A DNA stretch of 64,000 nucleotides from Candidatus Onthomorpha sp. (lineage in GTDB: Bacteria; Bacteroidota; Bacteroidia; Bacteroidales; P3), in contig JAZRIM010000006.1 in the NCBI GenBank assembly GCA_045645265.1, positions 2,000-65,999 of the forward strand, given 5' to 3'. How positions within the stretch are numbered: the stretch's first letter is position 1; each line of letters opens with the position of its first letter. The translations under genes were made by a program, and so were the position numbers. The notes below the pieces were generated by a model. It had not been told where the DNA came from. It saw only the letters and a program-made list of their open reading frames with translations, and searched no databases. Of the stretch, positions 1 to 11,100 are shown one piece after another.

Positions 1-3000
1 GATCAACCCAATTAACTGTTGCTGATGTTGGAGTTAAGTTAGTAACATCAACAGAAGTTATATCAGGAGGTGTACAAGTAGGGAAATCTATTGTGATATT
101 ATCAATTGCGGCAGGTGTTGTAAGTTCTGCTTCGTTTGTATATCCCCAAGTTAGGAATACTAAACGTTTGTCTCCACTTACTTGACTTAATATAACTTTT
201 TCATTTTTCCACTCTTCTGAACCATAAACAATTGCTTTTCTATATGTGCTTGAAGGGTTTGAACTTGTTGAAATTGGAGCAATGTCTAATAAATAAACCA
301 TTATTCCACAATATACACTTGCTTGTTCATTGATTCTTCCTGTTGCTTTCCAATCAAAAGACAATTCATAGTCTTGTGGTTCTTCTCCGAATGTAAAGTC
401 TTTGTAGAAGAATGAACGTGAAGTTGATGTACCTAATGTTGCACCGTAAGTTTCACCTCCGTCATTTGAAACATAAACTGCTGAACCGCCATCATCTGCT
501 GCAGTTGCTGTACCCATTGCCCAAACATTGTTTGTTGCATTGCTAATAATTGTCCAAGTTGATAGATCATCAGGATCGTCCAATGAAGTTGAGTAAGGAA
601 CCATTTCTGCTGCTGGAAGAGTTGTAAATGTGGCTGTTGCCCAAGGTGATGCGACATCGCCTTCACAAATACTTCTTATTCCAAATACATAATCTGTATT
701 AGGGTTCAATTCTGTTACTGTAATAGGGTCATTTGTGATAATTTGAACAGCATCTGCTCCGTCAAGGTCTGCTTCGCCGTTTTCATCAGCTTCTGCTACT
801 GCATATTCCCAAGTTGTTGCAGGTCCCCAAGTAGTGTATGAAACTGTTGCTTGACTTGATTGAATACCTGAAACTGAAAGTCCGTAAGGCATAGGACATT
901 CGCTCCAAGGTTCAACTACAAGATTATCAACAATTACATCATTATCTGCATTTGATACTGTACTTTCTCCATAGATTGCAAAACGTACTTGACCTGTTAA
1001 TGGTTCGTCGTTTTCATCTACAAGTTTATAAGCATAACGTTGTAATACGTTTGTTAAATCAGCAAAGTTATGTTCTGTGTCTTCATCACCGTCTGCAAAC
1101 ACAAGACCGTTTGCAACGTTCCAACTTGCACCATTGTCAAGAGAAACCAACAACATAAATTTGTCATCTGGTGAAGGTTCTTCAGGTGGATTTGAATTAT
1201 AATAATCAGTTACTGCAAGGTCAAAGGCTACTTGAAGTATTGTAGAACCATCTCCTAAATCAATAGTAGGTGAAACTGCCCAATATTTATAAGAAGAATA
1301 AATATTTGCTATTAATTTTTTTGTAGTATTTCCACTAAATGAACGTGTACCTACACTCCAACCTGATGTAGTACTTGTTAAAGCAGAAGTGTTGATTTGT
1401 CCACTTGCAGGAATTGCTCCACTATATCTATTCCAACAAGAAGGGCTGTTAAACATATTAGAGTTTTCAAAGTCTTCAAACCAAGGAGTTTGTAATGATT
1501 GACAAGGAGTATTTACATTAATTTGTGTTGCATAAAAAGGAGTTTCTGCATCTTGACACATAACACCTGTTTGAACGTTATAGATTGTTTGGAAGTTGAT
1601 TCCATTTATTGTGTAAGGGAAATCATCTATTGTAAGTTCTGGAATTTCTGTCCATTCAGAGTTTGCAGATTCTTTATATCTCAAAACGTATGTAACATCT
1701 GTGTTTACATCATCTGTCATATTTACAACAAATACTCCACCTGTTTCGCTTTCTTCTGTTTCTACAAATGCAACTGTTGTTTCTAATGAAGTAGAAGTAC
1801 AAGAATTTGCTACTACAACTACATTATCAACAACACCTGGAATACCATCTGTTCCACTATAATCATTATACCATTTGAATATTAAATTATAACCTCCTGC
1901 ATATTCAGAACCTGGTAACGCTATAGATGTTGTTTGCCATTGAGAAGAAGCAAATAATTTTGCTGAAATAGCTTGACCTGAACTTAATGATTGTCCATAA
2001 GGTGCTATAAACACTTGCATATAATCATAAGGAGAAGTAGTAGTAGGAGAGCTATAATCACCTTGACATTTCCAATCAAATGAAATATTGATTTCCGCTG
2101 CTGGATCAAAAGCAAAAGGAATTGCTACGTATGATCCACTTGTGTATGTTGAACTATTATAACCTACTGTTTGTCCGTTATCATTTGATATATACAATGC
2201 TCCACCACCTGTTGGGTCGCCATATTCGTCCACTGTATTGTTTTCTGCCGTACCAACAGCCCAAGCATTTACAGTTGTTTGAGTGTATTGCATTTGAGGA
2301 GTTGTTTCTTCTGTATCAAAATCAAATGAAGCAGGAAGAGGATACATAATTGGCATTGTAATTGTTACAGGTGTTGTCCATGCTCCGCCACAAGCTTGTT
2401 GTGCTGCAAAAGCGTATGTAGAACCTGTTGTTAATTCTTCTATTATGAATGGTAATGTTTCTTCTGCTGAAATAGAAACTGTTTGTGCACTTTCAGGATC
2501 AAATTCTTCTCCTTCTGCTATTTCTGCGTAAGCCAATGTAACACCATCTTCACCAATATTTGCTGTGTTGTAGCTTACGTATGCAGTTTGATAACCAGGA
2601 GTTACTACCAATCCATGAACGTCTGGACAATCAGGAATTTCGCTAATTGTGAAATTATCAATATAGAAAGTAGAAGATGGTTGTCTTACGGCAAGAGCCA
2701 AACGAATATTTCCTGAGTATTCATTCAAGAATACTTCTGCCATATGCCAAGTAGATGTTGCCAAACCTGAGGCGTTGATAGAAGTAAGCAATGTAAAGTT
2801 TGCAGTATCTGCCATTGCAGAATAATCTGTTTCATTTACATCAAGAACATAAACATCTATCACAGGAGCATTTGTAGTTGAAGATGTTTTGTATTGGAAA
2901 TTCAATCTGTCGTTTCCTGTCATTTCAAACACAGGGGAAATCATCCAATCAGAGAAATTGTCTGTAGATGATGATGATGATGTTCCAGAGAAATACAACG

Positions 3001-4888
3001 CGTTTGAATTAGAAGTTGTTGTATCAACTGTCACAGGAAGTCCACTACCAGAAGAAATACCACTCCAATAATAATATTCATATCCTCCATTTACATTATA
3101 CCAACAATGCAAAGAAGTTTTGTTTGCTCTTGCTGAATCTTGGATTGAGATGAATCCATTTACATCAAAGTTTTCTACGTATGGATATTCTGAAATAGTG
3201 TTACAAGTTGTCCAATCTGTGAAAGTAGAAGAAGTAACTGCTAATTCACTTCCGCCACAATTTGCTGTTACTTTATAATCTACTCTTGAAGAATAAGGCA
3301 AATCAGTTACAGCAATAGGACTTGTTCCTTCTACTTGATACCAAGTAGTATCGCCTGCATATCTATAAGAAACAATATATTCTGCATCTTCGTTCAATTC
3401 GTCTGTTACTTCAACATTCATAGTTACGCTACCACCAGCGTCTTCCATTGTTGTAGTAAATTCATTAACTCTTGCACAAGATGTAGAGAAAATGTAAAGA
3501 TTATCAATTGAAGCAGGAGGGTTTTCTCCAAGACTAGTATCGTTTTTCCAAGAAATTACTAATTGATAAGCTCCTCTTGGCATATCATTAGGAACAGGTA
3601 TTGTAACTCTTGTCCACTCATTGGATTTATCATTAGATCTTCCTATCACATTTGCAGCAGGAATTGAGTTTGTAGTAGGAAGAGCTGCTCCAAGAGGGAA
3701 TAAAGACACGACTACTTCGTCATAACCTAATTCTCCTACGGCTTTGTAATCAAATTCAACGCCATAATATGTATCATCTTCTAAATTTATGAGAGTAGAA
3801 AGGTGTGCAACATGAGCATCTCCATCAGGATCATAAGCATTAGTTACTCCATTGTCGTTACTAATGTAAAGACCTTGTCCTTCTTCACCTTCTTCTGCGT
3901 GAGCACCCAAAGCACCTAAGTACCATTGAGTTGTTCCGCTTTGAGTAACTGTCCATAATTCCCAACTTGACAAATCTTCCAAATCATCAAAGTTTTGTTC
4001 GTATGGAATAGGTATCATTTGATCTTCGGTTGGTAAAGTCCAAAAGTCTATTGATCTTTCACCACTGTTTTCTGCATCGCATACTGTCCAAACTTTTACT
4101 TGATAGTGTGCGTAAGAATCAAGACCTGTTAGAGTGTAAGATAAGTCTGTTATGTTTTCACTTGCAGTAGTCCATTCTTCTTCATCTACTGTTTTATATG
4201 CCAAACCGAAAGTAGTATTATTTTCGTTCATCGCTTCCCAGTTTATTGTTACTCCTGTTTGTTCTAAATCAGAGTAAGATAAGTTTTGAGGAGGATAACA
4301 AAAATCATCTCCCAAAGATTCCATTTCAAATTTTACTACAGGAGCACCTGTAACAGTTGCTGTAGCTGATGGATGCGTTGTAATAAAATATTCTTCATTA
4401 TCATCATAATCATAAACTGCTGAACCAACTGTTGCTTTTTTCCAAGAAACACTTCCGCCCCAAGAAGTCCCGTCTCTTATGACAGCAACAAGCAAATTAC
4501 CTCCTCCCGTATAAATAAAAGGAGTTGTTAATTCAAAAGTATTTCTTCCTGACACAATGTTTGCAGGACCTGTATATACTTCTGTAAAATCAGAACCTAC
4601 AACAAAACTTGTAATGGAAGATTGATCTACCTCTTTCATGTAAATCTTTATAGTTCCGTTATTATAGCCGCTGTATGATTGGTAATAACTGATACTTGTA
4701 ATAATACCAGGCATCAATTCACTTGCCGGATAAAGAGATTCGGTAAATGAATTTTCATAAGTCGTGTACAACGGTACATAACTATTTGTTGTTGATGTTG
4801 TCGAGTCTCCAACCATTACCGTGAAGGATTGAGCCGACAATTGCATAGCAAAAATGATTGCCATTGCAAAAAGTAATAATCTTTTCAT
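1..4888 (-). CDS. Giant secreted multidomain surface protein, 5' portion only (about 1629 codons; the C-terminus lies left of the window); paralog of 5159-11488
   Basis: Absent from the ORF track because it is edge-truncated. My minus-strand translation from ATG 4888 gives MKRLLLFAMAIIFAMQLSAQ/SFTVMVGDS, a signal peptide. The same frame at 58->2 reads TSVDVTNLTPTSATVNWVD, an FN3-type pattern. No closed minus-strand ORFs are listed in this frame, so it appears open throughout. Confidence 0.8.
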   Translation of the reverse strand, partial: MKRLLLFAMAIIFAMQLSAQSFTVMVGDSTTSTTNSYVPLYTTYENSFTESLYPASELMPGIITSISYYQSYSGYNNGTIKIYMKEVDQSSITSFVVGSDFTEVYTGPANIVSGRNTFELTTPFIYTGGGNLLVAVIRDGTSWGGSVSWKKATVGSAVYDYDDNEEYFITTHPSATATVTGAPVVKFEMESLGDDFCYPPQNLSYSDLEQTGVTINWEAMNENNTTFGLAYKTVDEEEWTTASENITDLSYTLTGLDSYAHYQVKVWTVCDAENSGERSIDFWTLPTEDQMIPIPYEQNFDDLEDLSSWELWTVTQSGTTQWYLGALGAHAEEGEEGQGLYISNDNGVTNAYDPDGDAHVAHLSTLINLEDDTYYGVEFDYKAVGELGYDEVVVSLFPLGAALPTTNSIPAANVIGRSNDKSNEWTRVTIPVPNDMPRGAYQLVISWKNDTSLGENPPASIDNLYIFSTSCARVNEFTTTMEDAGGSVTMNVEVTDELNEDAEYIVSYRYAGDTTWYQVEGTSPIAVTDLPYSSRVDYKVTANCGGSELAVTSSTFTDWTTCNTISEYPYVENFDVNGFISIQDSARANKTSLHCWYNVNGGYEYYYWSGISSGSGLPVTVDTTTSNSNALYFSGTSSSSSTDNFSDWMISPVFEMTGNDRLNFQYKTSSTTNAPVIDVYVLDVNETDYSAMADTANFTLLTSINASGLATSTWHMAEVFLNEYSGNIRLALAVRQPSSTFYIDNFTISEIPDCPDVHGLVVTPGYQTAYVSYNTANIGEDGVTLAYAEIAEGEEFDPESAQTVSISAEETLPFIIEELTTGSTYAFAAQQACGGAWTTPVTITMPIMYPLPASFDFDTEETTPQMQYTQTTVNAWAVGTAENNTVDEYGDPTGGGALYISNDNGQTVGYNSSTYTSGSYVAIPFAFDPAAEINISFDWKCQGDYSSPTTTSPYDYMQVFIAPYGQSLSSGQAISAKLFASSQWQTTSIALPGSEYAGGYNLIFKWYNDYSGTDGIPGVVDNVVVVANSCTSTSLETTVAFVETEESETGGVFVVNMTDDVNTDVTYVLRYKESANSEWTEIPELTIDDFPYTINGINFQTIYNVQTGVMCQDAETPFYATQINVNTPCQSLQTPWFEDFENSNMFNSPSCWNRYSGAIPASGQINTSALTSTTSGWSVGTRSFSGNTTKKLIANIYSSYKYWAVSPTIDLGDGSTILQVAFDLAVTDYYNSNPPEEPSPDDKFMLLVSLDNGASWNVANGLVFADGDEDTEHNFADLTNVLQRYAYKLVDENDEPLTGQVRFAIYGESTVSNADNDVIVDNLVVEPWSECPMPYGLSVSGIQSSQATVSYTTWGPATTWEYAVAEADENGEADLDGADAVQIITNDPITVTELNPNTDYVFGIRSICEGDVASPWATATFTTLPAAEMVPYSTSLDDPDDLSTWTIISNATNNVWAMGTATAADDGGSAVYVSNDGGETYGATLGTSTSRSFFYKDFTFGEEPQDYELSFDWKATGRINEQASVYCGIMVYLLDIAPISTSSNPSSTYRKAIVYGSEEWKNEKVILSQVSGDKRLVFLTWGYTNEAELTTPAAIDNITIDFPTCTPPDITSVDVTNLTPTSATVNWVD

Positions 4889-4930
4889 ACTTTTATTATT
4901 TTGTTAATACTAAAATTATTTTTCAAGCGC

Positions 4931-4961
4931 CAAATTTATAACTTTTTTTCCAACCAACAAA
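4931..4961 (-). promoter_or_regulatory. Bacteroidota-type promoter for the 4888 gene
   Basis: The minus strand reads TTTG (4961-4958), 19 nt, TAAATTTG (4938-4931). This matches TTTG-N19-21-TAnnTTTG and lies about 40 nt upstream of the ATG. Confidence 0.6.
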
Positions 4962-5033
4962 TTTTTAAAAAGAAATTTTAACCCCTCTTATTTGTAAAAA
5001 TATATTTATGTAAGAAAAAGAGAGAAAAAAAAG

Positions 5034-5104
5034 CAAAGAAAAAATTAAAAAAATCAAAGAAAAAAATTAATAAAGCAAAGAAATATTTTTCTAAAACAAA
5101 GAAA
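5034..5104 (-). repeat. Array of four 21-bp-phased units (core CAAAGAA on plus, TTCTTTG on minus)
   Basis: Cores start at 5034, 5055, 5076 and 5097, exactly 21 bp apart. The array lies upstream of the 4931-4961 promoter and points toward it. Confidence 0.8.
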
Positions 5105-5134
5105 AAAAAGAGCGACTCTATAAAGAATCGCTCT
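5102..5134 (-). terminator. Rho-independent terminator of the 5159-11488 gene
   Basis: Stem AGAGCGA (5109-5115) / TCGCTCT (5128-5134) with a 12-nt loop. On the minus strand it is followed by a T8 run (A-run 5102-5109 on plus). It sits 25 nt past the stop codon. Confidence 0.75.
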
Positions 5135-5158
5135 TTTAGGTTATTTGATTGTTAAATG

Positions 5159-8100
5159 TTATTCAACTATCAATTTTTGTGTGCTTACGGCTTTGTCAGT
5201 TACTATTCTTATGTAGTAAACTCCGCTTGCCATATTGCTAACATTGATTGTGTAACGGCTTGTGCCTGCACTGATTTCTTCTTGACTTAGGATTCTTCCT
5301 TGTAAGTCGCTAATTACTATCTTAGCATCTTGGTCTAATCCTACGATTTCCATTGTTGCATTGTCTTGTGCTGGATTTGGATATAGGCTTACTTGTAAGC
5401 TGTTTGCTAATTCGTCTGCCAAGCCTGATAGTGTAAAGGTTTCTACTGCTCCGTATGCTGTGCCTGCTTCGTTTGTGATGTATGCACGATAGAAGTATGT
5501 TTGTCCTTCTACTAAGTCATTAACTGTTGCTGTGAATGCACTTTCTGAAAGTGTTGAAGTGATGTTTTGAACTTCTGCTGTTTCAAGTGTGAAGTCTGCA
5601 ACGGTTGCTAATGCAAAGCCTACTGTGAAGTTTTCTGATTCGCCTGCATTTACTAAGGCTCCGTTTAGGGTTGCACTTGTGTTTCCTACGTTAGTTGCTG
5701 GCGATGTTGTTACTTCTCCTAATACTATCACAATTGGAGCTGCTATTGTTGTGAAGTTTGTGCTTACCCAATCAGATGTTTGGTCTTCGCATATTGATCT
5801 TACTTCTACTGTGTAAGCTGTGTTTTCTGTTAAGCCTGTTAATGTTTTTGTAGTTGTTGTAAGGGTTTCTGCTTCGCCTCCGTTTAATTTGAATTCGTAT
5901 GTTGTGGCTGTGCCATTCCATGTGATTTCTGCTGAGGTTTCTGTTATATTGCTTGCTGTTAAATCTGTTGGTGCATCGCATGGCTCTGGTGCTGGTGCAA
6001 GTGTTGTAAAGGTTGTTGAAACCCAATCAGATGTTTGTTCTTCGCATACTGCTCTTACTTCTACTGTGTAGGCTGTGTTTGCTGTTAAGCCTGTTAATGA
6101 TTTTGTTGTAGTTGTAAGTGTTTCTGCTTCGCCACCGTTTACTTTTAGTTCGTATGTTGAGGCTGTACCTGTCCATGTGATTTCAGCTGTTGTTTCTGTT
6201 ATGTTGCTTGCTGAAAGTGCTGTTGGTGCATCACATGGTGCTGGTTCAAGTGTTATGAAGCTTACGCTTACCCAATCAGATGTTTGGTCATCACATACTG
6301 CTCTTACTTCTACTGTATAAGATGCACTTGGATTTAAGTTTGTTAATGTTTTGCTTGTAGTTGTAAGTGATTCTACTGCTCCTGCATTTACTCTTAATTC
6401 GTATGTGTCTGATGCTCCTGTCCATGTGATTTCAGCTGTTGTTGCTGTAACGTTTGTTGCTGTAACGTTTGTTGGTGCTTCGCATGGAATAACCATAAGT
6501 GTTGTGAATTGGATTGAATCCCATTCTGAACGGTTTGCTGCATTACATACTGATCTTACATAAACTGTGTAAGTTGTGTTTGGTGTTAAGTTGTCGAATT
6601 GATAGTATGGAATTGTAGAATTTTCTATTATTCCATTTTCTCCAAGTCTTACTTCCCAACCACATTCACTGCCGTTTGAAGTCCATGATAGGATTGCAGA
6701 ATTTGCTGTAATGTTTTCTTCTTCTATTAACAATGCTGTTGGTTGAACGCAAGGTGAGCTTTCGCCTGCTAAGTTTACTTCAAAGTTATCTAAGAATATA
6801 TTAACATCTGAGCTTCCAGAAAGTGTTGAGGTATATATTCCTATTTTGATTCTGCCTGATAATGGAGTGCCATTTGCATCTTGTAACAACATTGTTTTTC
6901 TTGATAATGATGTTGTAATATCAGTAAGGTTGTGTTCTGTGTCTGCATCTGCATTTGCAAAGATAATTGCATTTGCACTTGACCAAGTTAATCCGTCATC
7001 TGTAGAAACTACTACTGCTATTTTGTCATCATCTTCAAATGTTATTGTATTCATATTATTATAGTCACGTGCTGCAATGTCAAATGAGAATTGATAAAGT
7101 TGAGTGTTTGTATCTCCTAAATCTATGCTTGGTGTAACCATCCATTTGTGTTTATTGCTTCCCCATAGATTGTAATACATTTTGTTTGTTCCGTTATAGT
7201 CAATAGATACACCATTTATTGTCCAAACGTAGTCTGTTGTGTATTCAAGATTTATGTTTTCTGTTAATTCTCCGTTTGCATAGTACCAACAATTTGATGA
7301 GTTGTATGTGCCAGATTCAAATCCTTCTGTCCAAGGTGCTGTTAGGCTTGCACAAGGTGTGTTGAATGTTGTGCTAACAAACATTGATGATTCTGTTGCT
7401 GAGCAAAGTGTTTTTACTCTTACATCATATTCTGCTCCTGCATTTAATCCTGTTAAAACATAAGGGTTTGTTATCTCGCTAACACTTGTCCAAGTTGATT
7501 CTGAACGTAATTTGTATTCTAATAGGTAGTTTGCTCCTTGATTTATTGTGTCGGTAAAGCTTATTGTTGCTTGCATTCCGTCAGTGCCTTCTGATGCAAT
7601 TGCTGTAAGGTCTGATATTTCAAAGCATGTACGTAATGAAACAGATATATTATCTACTGCTATTGCTGGGTTAGTTGCTGTCATATTATCATTGTACCAT
7701 AAGAATACTAATTGATAAACTGAATTAGCGTACTCTTGTCCTAAGATAATAGTTTCTCTTGTCCAGTCGTCTGATTGTTGATATTTACTTTCTCCTATTT
7801 TGTGTGAAGAATATGTTGATGTTGGAAGACTTGCTCCAAGAGGTAATAGATATACTTCCATATAATCATAGTAGTATTCGCCTCTTCCTTTCCAATCAAA
7901 AGACAATTCCCAAGATAGGTCATTTTCAAATGCTAAGAATGTGCTAAGTGTTGATATGGTAGTGGTATAACCATTGTATTCATTTGTTGCTCCGTTGTCG
8001 CTACTTACATAGAACGCTCCTCCTGTTGTTAAGTTGCCTGCTTCATCTGTTGTGTTGTTTGCAACTATACCATGACACCATTTATTTAATGAACCAGCGT

Positions 8101-11100
8101 ATGCAGAATTTGGTGCTACTACTGACCATTCTGTTATTGTTGCAACATTGTCAAAGTCTTCTGTGTATGGAACTGCATTTACTATTGGTATGAATAGGTT
8201 TACAGGATTGCTCCAATATGCTCCCTCACAGTTTTGTTTTACTGCTATTGTGTAGTTTCCTCCATCAACGTCTGTTGCTATTGTGTAAGGGAATGTTGCT
8301 CCTGATGCTATTGTGATTTGTGTTGCTGTTTCTGGGTTGAAGTTTGCTGAAGCTGGTGCGTATGCTACTATCCAACCGTTTTCTGCTCCTAATGTGTCAA
8401 ATGTTACTACGATAGAAGAACCATCAGGTGTAGTTGCTGCTAATCCGTGTACATCTGGACAAGGAGGGGCTTGATTGATTCTTAAATTGTCAATGTAGAA
8501 TCTAGCTGCATTATGACGAATTGCAAATGCTAAACGTGCAGTTGTTTCTACGTTTGATAAGATTATTTCTTTTTCGCTCCAAGCAGAACCTGCAATAGTA
8601 ACGCTTGTAAGATATGTAGCGTTTGCTGTGTCTGCTCTTGAAGTTAAATCGTTTTCTGAAACATCTAATGCAAATATGTCTAAGGTTACTTCTCTTTCCC
8701 AACCATAGTATAATGCTGTTTCAAATTGAAGTCTTTGTTCTCCGTCAAATTCAAATGCTGGTGTGAATATCCATTCGCTAACAAAAGGTCTGCTGTCTCC
8801 GTAAGAGTCTCCGTTGTATGCTAATGCGTATCTGTCTCCGTCATTTGATGCTTCGTCTGCTTCTTGACGTGTTGTTGACCATTTGTAGTTTGATTCTGAT
8901 GATAGGTTTATCCAACAAAGTGGTCCAGATATTCCTATGCCTGTTCCTGTAAATATTCCAGAGAATGAGTTTGTGTAAGGTAATTCTTGAACTGCTGCAC
9001 AGTTTGTGATAAAGCTGCCACTTACATAATCTGTCATATTGCCATCACATAATGCTGCAACTCTATATTCGTATTCTGTTCCTAATTCAAGTCCTGTTAA
9101 TGTGTATGATAATTCTGTTGATGTTTCAGTTTGCCATTCATCTGCTGAAACAGGTTTGTATTCTATTTGGTATGTTGTTTCAGTTGGGTTAGATGATGTG
9201 ATGTTGATTATCATTTCACTTGGGTTTTCTGTTCTTTGATAAGCAATGCTTGCTGGTGCTATACAAGATAATGAGGTTATTGATAGGTTGTCTATTGCTG
9301 CAGGAGGAGGGTTTCCGTTTGAATAGTCATTTCTCCACATAAATACTAATTTTTGCATAGTACCTAATCTACCTGCTGCATCTAATGTAATGTTTTTTGT
9401 ATTCCAGTTTGTGCTACCGTTTAAATTACCAGTAATTGCATATCTGCTTGCTGGTTCATTTCCATGTGATAATTCATATTCAACAGGAACCATATATACT
9501 TTTAAATAGTCATAAGCAGTTCCTTCTCCATAGCACTTCCAATCAAATGAAATGCGGAACGCTACTGAACCATCTGTTGGGAAAGCTACAAGTGTTGTAA
9601 AATAGTTTCTTGATTCAACATTTGTAGTGTAAGCATTTGTCATTCCTCCATCATTACTGATGTAGATTGCTCCACCTTCTCCCTCAGGATTGTTTGTTGC
9701 ACTTCCGTGTGTCCAAGCGTTTATTGTTCCATTTACGAATTGTGCTTCTGGTGCGTTTCCTATTTCATTATAGTTTTGAGTGAAAGGAGCTACTGCTACT
9801 GTTCCTGCTTGAGGTAGAGTTACTGCAATAGGTTCTGAAAATTCTCCATCACAATTTTGTTTTGCTGCTAAATAATATGTTGCCCCTGGTGTTAGGCCTT
9901 GTATTAGATAAGGGAACTCTGCAGCATCATTGATTGTAATAGTTTCTGCTGTTGCAGGGTTAAAGTTTTGTATTGAATCTGCTGTTCCGTAAGCAACAAC
10001 CCAACCACTTCCTTCGTGGTTTAATGTGTTTAAGTTTACTTGAATTGCATCTACGTTAGAAACAATTGCGTTGAATCCATAAACATCTGGACATTCTACT
10101 TCTTCTATTGTTACTTGTGGGATGTAGAATGAAGGGTTAGCTGTTTTGTTTACAAATGCTATTCTTGCTGTGTTTTCTACGTTTGTTAATAATACTTGGA
10201 ATGTTTCTCCTGATGGTGTGTTTTCATCAGATAATACTGTTGCTAAATATGTGAAGTTTGTTGTATCTGCCTCTGATGTAACGTCTCCGTTTGTAACGTC
10301 TAAGTAATATATATCAAAAGTTACTCTATCTGAGGCGTTGTCTTTATCTATTGAGAATGTTACTGCTTCTGTTCCTGTAAATTCCATTGCAGGGAACATT
10401 AACCAATCGCTATTTGATATTGATTCAGAAGTAGAGAAGTAACCCATAAGCGAACTTCTTGTTGCAACTCCTCCCCAACGATAAGTAGCGTTTCCTCCAT
10501 TTACATTTATCCAGCAGTGATGAGGAACTGTTCCTCCTATTGAGCCTTGAACAAAGTTTGTTGCAAAGTCTTCTGACCAAGGGAATGTTTCTACCGGTGT
10601 ACATGCTGTATTGAAACTTGCAAATGTAGGGAATGATTGTGAGTCTTCTCCACAGTTTGCTACAACTTGTACTTCATATACTGTTGAAGAAGTTAATCCT
10701 GTTATTTCATAAATTGTGTCGCTTGTTGTTCCTAATGTAGTAAATGATTCTTCACCTGGTAATCTGTATGAAACTGTGAAGGTTGTTCCTTCGCCATTAG
10801 GATTTGACCAAGAAGCAGTTGTTGAAACTTGGTCTGTATTAGAGAATGCCAAGTTTTGAACAGGTAAACAAACTGATGATCCTTCTGGTAGTCTTGTAAA
10901 TATTGCAGAAGGTACTAATGTTGTAGTATAAACTCCTGCTGGATCTTCTGGTGTTACTGCTCTTGAATCTCTTGCAGTGTATAAAGTACGAATAGCAGGT
11001 GTTGCGTATTCTGCACCCATACCCCAAGCAGTTGAATAGAAGTATTGTCCCATACTTGCTCTTACTGCTACTACAAGATTGTTTGCTCCTGTGTAAACGT

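Noticed and set aside
5589-6563. Plus-strand ORFs (5589-5816, 5820-6071, 6075-6320, 6351-6563) and the minus-strand ORF 5772-6026.
   Set aside because: They lie antisense to, or out of frame within, the giant T9SS gene. Their mutual similarity only mirrors the FN3 DNA repeats.
5159-6751. A diversity-generating retroelement or other targeted hypervariation acting on the repeated FN3 region.
   Set aside because: There is no reverse transcriptase, no template repeat outside the gene, and differences between units are not biased to adenine positions.
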